In this document: positions 43,258 to 55,870 of the stretch, piece by piece
Layout of the letters: the number at the start of each line of letters is the position of its first letter
Position numbering within the stretch: the first letter of the stretch is position 1
Assembly (NCBI GenBank): GCA_964016885.1
Contig: OZ024746.1
Location: 13,764,001-13,828,000, forward strand
From: Eledone cirrhosa
Taxonomy: Eukaryota
Direction: 5' to 3'
Length of the DNA: 64,000 nt
The notes under the pieces: model-generated
The model's database searches: none
What the model saw: only the letters and a program-made list of their open reading frames with translations
What the model was told of the DNA's origin: nothing
Made by a program: the position numbers and the translations under genes

Positions 43258-43835
43258 GTAATAATAATTGTTTCTACTTTTGGCACAAGGCCAGCAATTA
43301 TCCCAGTGTATTACTGATACTTTATTTAATCGACCCCGTAAAGATGAAAGGCAAAGTTAACCTCAGCGGGATCTGAACTCAGATCATAAAGGGGCATAAC
43401 TCTATGCTGCAAAGCATGGTGTCCGACCCTCTTCTGATACTGCCAATCCATAGTTTTAGTTCAGGTACATCGCCGACGATTTGGAAGAAGTCGATAACAC
43501 AGAGCCCAGTAATAATTGGTCTACTTTTAGCACAAGGCCAGCAATTTTGAAGGGAGAGGAATAGTCGATCATATCGACCTCAGTATTCAACTGGTATTTT
43601 ATTTTATCGGCTCCAGAAGGATGAAAGGCAAAGATGACCTCGGCGGGATTCGAACTCAGAACGTAGAAAGTCCTCACTGAATGCTGCAAAACATTCTGTC
43701 CGATGCTCTACCGATACTACTAATCCATTACCTTAGTAATAAGGGTTTCTGATTTAGGGCACAAGGCCAACGATTTTGGGGGAAGGGAAGTCGATTAAAT
43801 CTCCCCCAGTGCGTTACTGGTACTTTATCTTATTG
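43258..43835 (-). mobile_element. Cluster of three SINE copies/fragments
   Basis: GCACAAGGCCA 3' tails at ~43283, ~43530 and ~43759. B-boxes at ~43370 and ~43650. Confidence 0.85.
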
Positions 43836-44140
43836 GGGATCCAGACAGGACAATCATGCTGGCCTCCTCTTATCAATAGCGTGTGTATATTGTTCAAAGG
43901 CAGTTTCAGTTTGGCTTTTGTGTCATAGCAACGCAGTTTTTATAGATGACTGGATTGGAACAACATGAAATGAAGTGTCTTATGTCCGAACAAAAGGCAC
44001 CGTCAGGTTCGATAATCGAACTTGTAACTTTACGATTGTGAGCCCAACATACACATGTCCATTGACTCGCACATTGGTACATACATACGTATATATAAAT
44101 ATGTACATGAGTCTGTGTATGTATAGGTGTATACACACAC

Positions 44141-44246
<106 letters not shown>

Positions 44247-44780
44247 GCACACACACACACACACACACACACGTTTGCACAGCCACTCATACACATACAC
44301 ACGTATATATTCACCTATTCACCGCCGTGGCAACCTCAAGAACCACAAAGATACATGTAATAGTTCATGTTCCGAATGCAGCTGTCTAGTTACATACAAA
44401 AACATAGACTCAGAATGTATAAGGAAAATGTTTGAGAACATCCTAAAAAAATACTGATGATGATGGAGTATTCCCTCTACAGTGAAACACGTTGTACAAC
44501 TGTAATTAGAGACACTCATGAAATAGCAAACGTCAACACGTGATAGGACAATATTAAATTTAATAGCGTCATGTTTATTGATGCCACACCCTGTGGGGAT
44601 TAGAACACGACTTTAGGAACATTCAAGGAGACAATAGACTCTCATGTATAAATATGTGTGTGTATATGTATGCACACACACACACAGGCGCGCACACACG
44701 CGCGCACACACGCACACGGGCGCGCATATACACGCACTCTCTCTCACACACACATACACACACATATATATATATATATG

Positions 44781-44857
<77 letters not shown>

Positions 44858-44894
44858 TTGCGTATGCACTACCCTCCCCTTCTCTGTATATATA

Positions 44895-44933
<39 letters not shown>

Positions 44934-45025
44934 TTTTCTCAACCTGTTAGTTCTATCGTTACTTTGGTATGTTATTGTGGGTTAGATTTTGCCTACCAGA
45001 GATTCGATTTTAATAACTATCCAAT

Positions 45026-45070
<45 letters not shown>

Positions 45071-45163
45071 GAAGTAATTCCGTCGGAAAAGTCCAGGAAA
45101 AAAGAGTGCTCTATGTAGGTAACAGAGCTTAATAGTTATGTAATAAACAACATAAGGCAATTA

Positions 45164-45224
45164 TTTCATTTACCAGTGGTTTCTTAAAAGCAAAAACATT
45201 TTGCTTTCAATCATCAGAATGAAA
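45164..45224 (-). ncRNA. Intact-looking hammerhead motif
   Basis: UUUCAUU-CUGAUGA-UUGAAAGCAAAA-UGU-UUUUGCUUUUAA-GAAA-CCACUGG-UA-AAUGAAA. The element at ~45068-45260 lies between TA tracts. Confidence 0.88.
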
Positions 45225-45288
45225 AAATCCTGGCGTATTTATTGACGTTGGATTTTAAAAATATATATATAAATATATATATATATAT

Positions 45289-45688
45289 TGGTAAAAGGAA
45301 AAGAAAATGCTGACAAATTGTTCCCAGTGAAAAATAGTTTAACTAAGTATAAGTAAAAATTAGTAATAAGTATTGGTTAGTATTCAGTTTTGGTTTTAAG
45401 TTTTTACCGGTTGCGCATTTCTAATGCTTTTCAAAAATAATTTTGAGATAGAGCGCCCATGATGTTTGCTCTAATCTGATCAGTTTTGGAAATTCTACCT
45501 GTTTTATGTGAAAAAAGTGGCTCCAGATGTATTAAAATAAGTTTCGCGCCAATTCGTTTTGCAAAAATTCTTGTGGTCAAAACAATTTTGATTGGTCGGT
45601 AGAGGTCATGTGAATGTTAAAAATTGATTTTGCGCCAAATATAGGTTTGTCTCACTGATTGAGAAGTCACTGAAAAATTGTGTGAATA
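45289..45688 (-). mobile_element. Family D repeat abutting (TA)n, with variant HHR-like motif at 45402-45437
   Basis: Homologous to 55439-55870. Contains CCAAT and CACRTG motifs and UUU-UUGAAAA-GCAUU-AGA-AAUGC-GCAA-CCGG-UA-AAA. Confidence 0.7.
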
Positions 45689-45727
45689 TATATACAGTAT
45701 ATATATATATCTATATATATATACACA

Positions 45728-45905
45728 CAATCGTGAGGTTTTCAGTTCGATTCCTGGACTCGGCGACGCGTTATCTCCTTCAGCAAGATACATAATTTCA
45801 TGTTACTCCTTCTATCTGAAGTTGCGACCGATAGATAGTATTAGCAATTGGTAAGACCAACGGAAGCATTGTTGCCTCGGTCCGATTTGACGAAAGTCGA
45901 TCGAC
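45728..45905 (+). mobile_element. tRNA-derived SINE, 5' truncated
   Basis: GTTCGATTCC B-box. The body is shared with 13410-13631. Confidence 0.8.
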
Positions 45906-45972
45906 TCTATACACATATACATACATATATATATATATGTATATATGTATATATAAATATATATATATATAT

Positions 45973-46140
45973 TAGAAAGTGAGGTTTTTTTACAAAATGA
46001 AAAATAACCGAGGTGTCCTACACGAGTGAAAGGATAAAGAAAAAAAGATGAAATCGAAAATGCAACCGGAGTCTTATTTAAAAAAATATATATATTTTAA
46101 AAAAATAAGACTCCGGTTGCATTTTCGATTTCATCTTTAT
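45973..46140. mobile_element. Family E short fold-back copy
   Basis: Same terminus (TAGAAAGTGAGG) as 54990. Arms 46044-46079/46103-46138. Confidence 0.85.
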
Positions 46141-46174
46141 ATATATATATATATATATAAATTTGTGTGTGTGC

Positions 46175-46340
46175 GAAAAGAAAAAGAAAAACCTATACCA
46201 AACGATACAGTACAATTAAAATATATATTAGTTTAACGCTTGATATAGTAGGGAAAAAGTCTTAACGTTTCGGACGCTTGTGTTTTATCAGTAGATAGAA
46301 TGAGAAATAATTAGAGGAGAGTGAGTAGAGGATGAACGAA
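46175..46340 (-). mobile_element. Family B copy with decayed HHR (46261-46293)
   Basis: Homologous to 5276-5455. The core reads CUGAUAA..GUCC-GAAA-CG-UU-AAG. Confidence 0.65.
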
Positions 46341-49300
46341 TTGTGCATGTATAGATACATATGTGTATATTTTTTTCCACACTTTCAAAAACATATATTT
46401 CATACAATTCTTTTCGTCCATTCGCAAAAACACTTTTCATACAGATTTCTTTTTTGACACTTTCAAAAACACTTTTCATATAGATTTTTGTCAAACTTTC
46501 ACACTTTTCATATAGATTTTTTTCAAACTTTCACAAAACACATTTTCCATATAGATTTTTTCGGGAATGCAGTCAGTTCATTAAATACCTGTATATTATC
46601 TGCATTCATTTGATCAAAGCCGGAGAAATTAAAGGTAATACAGATCCCGGTGGGATTTGAATTCGGAATATAAAAGAACGAAACTAAGTAATATAAGGCA
46701 TTCAATCGGGTTTTACCAATTTATCACCCTAAAGATGTTGATTTTTGAGACACAAAGTAAGGACAGGTGGATAAGGCTTATATCGTTCTCATAAATATTG
46801 TTCTCAGCACAAATGAAATGATTCAATCATTTAATTATGAACGAAAGAGGGGTTTAACTTGAAATTTGCCCTTCAGAGCTCACCAAAAAATTGGGTAAAA
46901 TATTTTTTTCAAAATAATAAATTTTATTGACTTGCTAAAACAGGATAAACTCCATACATTTATTTCTTTTATCTCAGTCTGAGTTAATTAAACGATCCTA
47001 AATTTACTTGGATTTAGTTTTTCATTGAAGACCAGGAATAATTAGATTCCTAGAAATTCTTGGTCTTATGATAACACTCCGCCACCTTTTTAGGTGTAAA
47101 GATGAGATTGCATTTTCCTTTTTCTTTTATAATTTTGTAGAGTTTGTTTCCTTAGATTTTCCTTATTTTTTGGGAGGTGGATGCATATGAATGTGAATAT
47201 ATCTTTTCTTAGATCTCTCTATTTGTTAATGGGAGTGAGCTCGTATTTTCCGTGATTAACTGAAAATAATCTAAAATCTATTTGTAGTTTTTCTATCCAG
47301 AAGGCAAATAAACTAAGACATATAATCTATAAAGTCACAAAAATAGAATCACTAGCAGAAACTAAGCAACGAAATGGAAAATTACTAAACAGGTCATGAC
47401 ATTGCTATTCACTTCATAATTAGCACGAAAACACAAGTCAAATGCTGGTAAATCTGAAATTGCAACAACAAAACTGAAACAGCAAAATTGAAACGATACA
47501 GCAAAATGATCAGATCGAAGTGTAACTATAAAAAGATAGCTAAAAACGACTATTGTATATTTCCGTTCAGCTGTGACTGGAATCTACGACGCTTTATATA
47601 TTGAGCGTTTGCAGCCGAGAGAGCAATATTAGGCGATAACAGCAGGAAAGCTAAATATTATAATTCAGGTTTTCGTATATTCAGCTTCAATGATTATTAA
47701 ACAAAGGATTTGTTTTTCGTTTTTAACATCTACACATGCGCATTGTTTTGTTACCACATTCTCACACATTTTTCGTGATATTTTGAGATAGCCTGGTTTA
47801 TAGTTACTAACATAACACTCTTCTATGCGCTTCAAACTTAAACTCTATCGTCCATGTTTTGAGTTAGATTGGTCTATAGTTACTAACATACTATTCTTCT
47901 ATGCGCCTCAATTTTATACTCCATTGTCCATGCAAACCCTTCTTAAAACTTAATTCGCGAGAGTACTATTCCTTCCCAACTCTCCTTTTTGCTAACTTTA
48001 CCACAGGTATGTTCTATCACAAACTGTCGTTTAGTAAAATAGGGGTGGTAGATTGGCAGAGTGGGTTGAGTGTCAGCCAAATTGCCTTTACAGTATTTAC
48101 TTTACTTCCTTCGGAGGTCGATGAAGTACAAGTCAAGTAGTGGGATAGAAACAATCCACCCTCCCGCTTCACCAAATTGACCTTGTTCCTAAATTTGAAA
48201 TAATTGTTTTATTTGTTTGCTATATTTTTGCATTAAGATTTCGTATGAATGTATCAGGCAGAATCTTTGGCATCTATTTGTTTTCCACCATTCATATATA
48301 ATAGCTAACATTGAATAATCAATCAATTATACTCAACATATTACTGTAATAAAACCTGGAATATATATATCCATATATATATATATATCCATTGCCATTG
48401 CTCTAGCCATTGCTCCAGCTTATATTTTACGACAATGTAGCAGCATCGAAACTTAAAAAGAAATATAAATTCATGATTTTGTCAAAAATACTCAAAACTT
48501 GCGCACACAATACTTATATAAACGCATGTGCACACATACACACTCACACAAATACAGACACACACAGCATATAGTTTTTGGGTTTAGATTGTGGCCCATG
48601 GGTTATCCTCAAACCGGAGACCTAGTGCAAATATTTTCAGAAATGAGACATTTAACTGAATTATACAGCAGAAATATTCTATATTTTATCTATAGTTATA
48701 TCATATCCTTATAGATTATTTTATATTAGTTATCACTTACAGAAAAAAGAAACACATTCAGACAGGTTTATTAGATTATTTTTAATACTGTCACACAGTC
48801 TCGCTTCAATACTTTCTTTCCTATGTGTTATTCTTCAAATTGAAACATATTAAAAACTTGTGTGACAAGTACCATTACCATTAATTTCGTAGACATAAGC
48901 AGACACATCTAACTTCTCAGATGAGGTAGGAAATAAGGAATGGAGATTAAAAAATGTCTGCGAAATGATAATTATAATTTGCCTATTTTGGCTGATTCAG
49001 GTCATGTGAAAGAACAGCGACAACATCGGTAAGGACTATCCACACACACACGCGCGCGCACGCGCGCTCATGTAATGAGCTTCTGTGCAGTTTAAGCGTG
49101 TAAAATTCCATTTGCTCAAATCGAGGCTACAGTTGAAAACACTTGTCTAAAGAGATGTGCGGTCTAATCTAACCCTCAATAACATAAGTGCAAAGCGTTT
49201 TTCTGAACCACATTAATATACCTGCGCCTACAGCCTGGTATAAGATTTTATCTCGTTTGTATTTGAGATTTCTAGATAGTAGTTATGATGACAGAATATT

Positions 49301-52024
49301 ACTTCTATAATGCCAGGGTACGTTTGGAATTTGTGTGATATTAAATGCTTTTATTTGAAAAGAAAAAAAGATCATTATTTTATCTGAATTTGAACATTAT
49401 CTTTGTCTTTCACTGAACACCTTAAGTGGCTGCATGAGTTTGTTATATTTTTCGGCCAGACAGAGCAGTCATCGTTTTGATCCGTTTGGGTACAAAGGTT
49501 AAGTTTCGACAACGGACTAAGTTATCGTGGTGTTGTTACTTCTATTCTCCTTTAGGCTCCTGATATACTGAGATAGTGAGATAGTGAGTTTCTTTTCTGA
49601 GCGTACCTATTCTTGAATGATTTATGTATTATTTTCGTGTTTTCTGTAGTTTGCGCTTTACTCTTTCAACACAGTGAAAAAGACAAAAAAAATAGCCCAC
49701 TCCCACAAAACAACAACAACAGTGAAAGCATCATATACAAACCATTAATTTAACTCATGAAGATTTCAAAGATATATTATATATAAAATTATTTTATTGC
49801 ATATCTCGCCTCTGAACTAGATATTTAGTCTGATCAGATTTGCAACAGTGGAATATTTTTATTTCGAAGTTGAGATATTTCTTCTCATGACATAATCTAT
49901 TTTCAATCTTTGAAATGTATCTTGAGGAAAAACCTCGTAAATCCTTGAAAACATAAAGGCAGGAGAAATATAAATTTTGGTAAACATCCAGTATGTCCAG
50001 CTCTAGAGAAATAAAATGCAATTTTCTGAGAGTTTCTTCGCCAAAAGCTGATGTTATTAAAGCTATTCTATGATATTCACGTGCAATAAACTGACAGATC
50101 TCATGAGACTCAAAAGCAATAAACTAATCATTTCCTTTGCAGAGTAGTGTAAACAAAAGATTTGAACTATTAGTTTTGAGATCAAAGAAAGCAGCAAAAT
50201 CGATCGAATTGATATTTATTTGTTATCGTTTCTTTAATCCTAAATATCTCAGAAGAGTGTGAATGGAATATTGTGAACTTCATGATTTTCTCTAAAGTGT
50301 TTCTGGTCCTAGTGAAACGAAATTACTTCAACCAAGAAATTAAACTACATTGTAGACTCAGGAGATCAGCAATGCTCATCATATGTATTTTATGAAGATG
50401 TGATGATGTCAGAAATGCTAGTTCTAAACGCTACACGATATCTAGATACGTTCCAAGTCAAAAATCGCTAGAGCCCACTTTGTCTTTCAACCATCTGCGT
50501 TCTTTAAAATAATTCAATTGATTCATATCCCTTACATAAACTGTGGCCTTGTAGCACAATAAAAAAAAATGATTATTAAATATTTCTTTTTATAATGTAA
50601 CTAGATACATTGTTTAGCTGTTCAGAAAATAACTAATTACTTAAATGAAACCCGAGGGTTATCAATAAAAACAATGTTTTGAATATAACTTTTAAAAGTA
50701 GGCGTGACAACAGGATTATAAAGGAAATGTTAAACACACTCACGCCTATTTATTTAGGTTATCCTCTGAGGGTAGTATTCTATTTATCTTGCAAAATAGA
50801 TCTTTCTTCAAAAGTAGAGAAATAATATCTATAGTCCAAACTGTACCATATTATAAGATGCCTTTATATTCAGCTTACTTTGCTATTTTGAAAACAGAAT
50901 TAGAATATAACAATATTCGAATACTGACACTGCCAAATGAACTTTGAGTTTCATCGGCTTTTGATGAATCCTACTTTGACAGGAAGCAATCTCTTTCTAC
51001 TTTCTTGGAGATAAAAGAGAGCTTTTGTTATAGAAGGAACAACGACAAGAATCAGTCAATTATGTTTTATGATCTTACAATTTTTTCCTCCGAGCTAAAT
51101 CCGGACAAATCAATGGAATCTCTTGGTATTGGACACAGTGCATTAGTTGTTCTCATTTCTAATCCTTGGAAACTAATTCAAAATATCGTTGCTAATTATT
51201 TGGTTATTGCAAAGATTTACAAGAATCCTCTTTATTGATATACTTCAACAATAAAACAAACCAAACCCAAAACAAAAGGTATATTCTATTTCAAACTAGA
51301 TATACTTCAGCATCTAGTTCAAACTAATTCAAACTAGTTCGTTTTGAACTAGATAATAGCAAAGAAGTGCATAAAATGTTCGATCCCATACAACTTATAT
51401 GTATACTCGGAAGACCCCAATTGCAGATAATTTAAATGCAGTCTGTAGCATTATACCAATCATCACAAACACCCATCTCTCAATCAGAATCAAATTATGG
51501 CAAGATGGAGAAACAAAACAACTACTGGACCTTGATCTAAAGGATGAACGTTCGAACGCGAAATATTTCTTTTGATACTTTAACACCGAAAGGAGCTGCT
51601 CTTAATTAATTCCCGCTATTTTTAATGAACCAAAATCTAGTGTTCTTAATGTTTAGTCATGGAGGAAGGTAGGGCAGTGATTGTTGTGGGGGAAGGATGG
51701 AGGTATCACCAAATCGGAGACCTGGGCCGAATTCTTGTAAGTGAGTGTTTTCTACTAAATATATCCAAGGACCAGATGGTAGAGTTAAACCGGGCGATGG
51801 GTTAAGTCGATCATCCTCATCCCTAGTCTCAACAACAATTCAATTATTTAGATTTTATTTCCTTTTAGTGATGAGTGATTTAGGATTGAATAGTACACAC
51901 ATATTCACAATATTAAAAAAAAATAATTATGTGCAGATACATGAAGCCAATACGCAAGAAAATAAAAATCGAGAAATTAGTAGGAATCAAATCGTTTTGG
52001 TTTAATAGATATAATGGTAACCAC

Positions 52025-52275
52025 ATCTATCTATCTAGGACGGGTAAAACTCCCGAGATCCATGGACGAGTTCTCTCCAGCGGTCTCTGTCCCTCATTAT
52101 CGCTGCCATGTCCTGCGTCTCCAACAGACCAGTGTCTGTCCTTAGGGCATCAACATATGTTAACCTCGGTCTTCCTCTTCCAGTGTGTCCATGCAGGGGA
52201 TCCCACAGGAGCACTGAGTGCAGTGTCAACTCTGAATGTCGGTGAGCATGTCTAGCTAACCCCAGTCTCCACTGA
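52025..52275 (-). pseudogene. RTE/RTE-X LINE 3' end
   Basis: VLLWDPLHGHTGRGRPRLTYVDALRTDTG..MRDRDRWRELV* followed by a (TAGA)n tail. Confidence 0.85.
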
Positions 52276-53348
52276 AAGTGGAAATATAGGAGATAATGTT
52301 TTGATTGTCATAATGATCTTATATTAGCTTCTTGTTTATAAATATAAGCATATATGAGTGTACACACGAACGTTACACTAACATAATTAAAAACATAACT
52401 TATAGAGTACACACAACTATCTGTTGTGTGTAATACACAATGTAGCCTTCAGCTAAAAGCTTGTTGCCCCCACCCCATGTGTTTAAAGGTTAAAAGTTTC
52501 GTCAGTTACATTATATTGTAAATGTGTTTTTTTATAACAATAATACTTTTAATAAGAGAATTGAACTATGCATCATTTTCTACATTATCTGTTGTGACTG
52601 CTGATACAAGTTTCGATTTTTTTTTGGAAATATTCCACTTATGCACTTAGAAGAGACATGAAGCCTACTGCTTCTCATTTCCTTGTTCCCATCACTCAAG
52701 ATATTCCCATATAATTAAGAATTCATTATTTTTCTCGATATCTGAAAGTTATCCTGAAGCATGGTTTTCTCTTTATTATTGAAATATGAATTTGTGTTAT
52801 GTGCATTTATTTACCCGAAGGAATCATTTTCAATATATATTAATGTACACCAGTAGTATTAAGCTATATTCAAATTTCCCATAACTCTATACTCATCTAT
52901 TAACAAAAAATAACGATAAAACATCTTTTGATATGAAATCCTCCGCTTCCAACTCGTCAGATATTTTTTCACAATCTTCAAAATAATTTAACATACTTTC
53001 GAAACACTTCAACAGTTTTACGTTTATTGAATCTGAATGTCGTGAGCAGTTTTCTTTTAGAAGATCTAGCAAAAATAGTCTATATGATAAAATCTTTAAC
53101 AGAATTCTGTAACCTATTATCTAATTTAGTATGCTAAAATACATTTTTATGAGTATTTGCCTTCCTCGGTGTCTGGAAATATTGCGCGTAAAATTATTAA
53201 TGTCTCAAAACAAAATTTAAAATTCAAATATTTCAAATATTAAATGAAATGTTTTTCAGGGCATATAGATACCTATAGTAATTTCACCGTAGCAAAACTT
53301 ACTAACATTGATTTCTAACATAGATACAAGGCTATGAAAGTTTGGGGC

Positions 53349-53406
53349 GAGAGGTACAGTCAACTCTCACAAACCTACTGGTTTGTGAGAGTTGACTGTA
53401 CCTCTC
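53349..53406. repeat. Perfect 27-bp inverted repeat (4-nt loop) within an old SINE
   Basis: GAGAGGTACAGTCAACTCTCACAAACC-TACT-GGTTTGTGAGAGTTGACTGTACCTCTC. Confidence 0.95.
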
Positions 53407-53627
53407 ATTTTATTAACCGGGAAGAATGGAATATATAGTTGACATTGGCGGAAATGGAACTTAGAATTAAAAATAAACGTAATTAAATACCACAAACCTA
53501 TTTGTCAGCCTATTTTGAACTCCACCGATTTGCTAAAACAATGTATCTTAACTGTTGGAAATCATTTTTCCTTTTATTACAGAATATGGATGGAATAGAA
53601 TCTGAATGCATAATAAACCAAAGTAAA

Positions 53628-53927
53628 CAATTGTTTCTACTTTTGGCACAAGGCCAGCAAATACCCAGTACATTACTGGTACTTTATTTTATCGACCCTG
53701 TACAGATGAAAGGCAAAGTTAACCTCGGCGGGAAAGTAAATAATTGTTTCTATTTTAGGCACAAGGCCAACAATTACCCAGTACATTACTGGTACTTTAT
53801 TTTATCGACCCCGTAAGGATGAAAGGCAAAGTTAACCTCGGCCGGATTTGAACTCAGATCGTAAAGGGACGTAACTATGCTGGAAAGCATGGCGTCCGAC
53901 CCTCTACCGATACTGCCAATTCACCGC
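53628..53927 (-). mobile_element. Full SINE plus adjacent 3'-half copy in tandem
   Basis: Two GGCACAAGGCCA tails at ~53645 and ~53757. Confidence 0.88.
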
Positions 53928-54322
53928 GTCAGCATATATGTATCGTGTCTTGTATACTTTAATCGATTTTCTAAACTATTATTTATAGTGATCGACTATT
54001 ATTATGATACTTTTCGTTAGGACGCATTTCAAAGCTTCCTAAGTCAACCGTTTTGTTTACTCTTTTAGCTACAAGCATAAAATTTTAAAACAAACTGGAA
54101 TTGGTTACCAGTGGTTCCTTAGCATAGTGGTTAACGCCCGGTATACTCGCTGGCAACACTGACCACTTTTTTTCTATCTCCAGGGTTACTTTACCCGATT
54201 CTCTCAACTTTTATTAGTGATAGACTATATTTAAAGGATGTGAGCATAATAGAATATGAATGAGAAGTAATGTATAAGAATATACCTTATTCTCTCTTGG
54301 AGAATTTGAATCCAAACTTAAA

Positions 54323-54400
54323 CAGGGTGCGGCAAAAAATGCCTCCCATATTTTAACGTTTGATTAGGTAAAATATGGAATGTTTTTCTGTCGCATTCTG
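54323..54400. mobile_element. Small Tc1/mariner-type MITE, decayed
   Basis: CAGGGTGCGGCAAAA...TTCTGTCGCATTCTG-TA. Same TIR as 58580. Confidence 0.55.
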
Positions 54401-54582
54401 TATTAATAACTGTCAAAGTGATATATTAAACTGATATATAAAACAATTTATAGAGGAAAAGTACTCATTAATCCTGGTTAACTTCATGAAAAAGTAACAA
54501 GAACAAATGTAAAATTTGTTTTTAAAGAATTTACACAATGAGTTCTATTGTGAGATATTTACCAATATACATACATTCAAAG

Positions 54583-54621
<39 letters not shown>

Positions 54622-54782
54622 TAGAGAGATAGAGAGAGACAGAGAGATAGAGAGATAGAGAGAGAAGGGTGGGCGAGGAATGATAATAACGGTTCATAAG
54701 AGAAGCTGTAAAGACGAAAAGGAAACATTAAACGAGTGCGTGCCTGAGTGAATGAAAAAGAGGAAGAAAGAATGACGGAAAG

Positions 54783-54846
<64 letters not shown>

Positions 54847-54880
54847 ATGTATATATATATATATACATATATATATTTAC

Positions 54881-54995
<115 letters not shown>

Positions 54996-55125
54996 GTGAG
55001 GTTTTTTTTACAAAATGAAAAATAACCGAGGTGTCCTACACGAGTGGAAGTATAAAGAAAAAGGGATGAAATCGAAAATGCAACTGAAGTCTTATTTTTT
55101 TAAAAATATATATATTTATTTGGTT

Positions 55126-55163
55126 CCTTTACCGGTTTCGCAGTTCTTCTGCTTTTCAAAAGG
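55126..55163 (-). ncRNA. Hammerhead motif, U3-A8 core variant
   Basis: Reverse complement of 55239-55276. Confidence 0.72.
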
Positions 55164-55238
55164 TGAGTTGAGATGGAGGGTCTGTGGTTTTTCTCACATC
55201 TGATGTGAGAAAAACCACAGACCCTCCATCTCAACTCA

Positions 55239-55276
55239 CCTTTTGAAAAGCAGAAGAACTGCGAAACCGGTAAAGG
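55239..55276 (+). ncRNA. Hammerhead motif, U3-A8 core variant
   Basis: CCUU-UUGAAAA-GCAG-AAGAA-CUGC-GAAA-CCGG-UA-AAGG, followed by AAUAAA. Confidence 0.72.
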
Positions 55277-55344
55277 AACCAAATAAATATATATATTTAA
55301 AAAAAAATAAGACTTCAGTTGCATTTTCGATTTCATCCCTTTTT

Positions 55345-55438
<94 letters not shown>

Positions 55439-55441
<3 letters not shown>

Positions 55442-55870
55442 TAAAAAGGAAAAGAAAATGCTGACAAATTTTTCCCAGTGAAAAATAGTTTAATTAGGAA
55501 TAAGTATAAATTAGTAATAAGTATTAGTTAGTATTCAGTTTTAGTTTTAAGTTTTTACCGGTTGCGCATTTCTTATGCTTTTCAAAAATAATTTTGAGAG
55601 AGAGTGTTCGGGATTTTTGCTCTAATCTGATCAGTTTTGGAAATTCTTCCTGTTTTATGTGAAAAAAGTGGCTTGGAAGGTATTAAAATTTGGTTGGTTG
55701 TTGAATGTCACGTGAATAAGCACTATAAATTTCGCGCCAATTCGTGTTGCAAAAAGTTTTGTAGTCAAAACAATTTTGATTGGTCGGTAGAAATCACGTG
55801 AATGTTTAAATTGATTTTAGCGCGAACTGGTTTCGCGCCAAATGTAGGTTTGTAGATTTTCCGCTTGATT
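55439..55870 (-). mobile_element. Family D repeat with variant HHR-like motif at 55553-55588
   Basis: Homologous to 45289-45688. UUU-UUGAAAA-GCAU-AAGAA-AUGC-GCAA-CCGG-UA-AAA. Confidence 0.7.

Noticed and set aside
51395-51575. GIY-YIG end (HPSLN) plus decayed HHR (CTAAAGGA..GAAA)
   Set aside because: Too degenerate to separate from chance.
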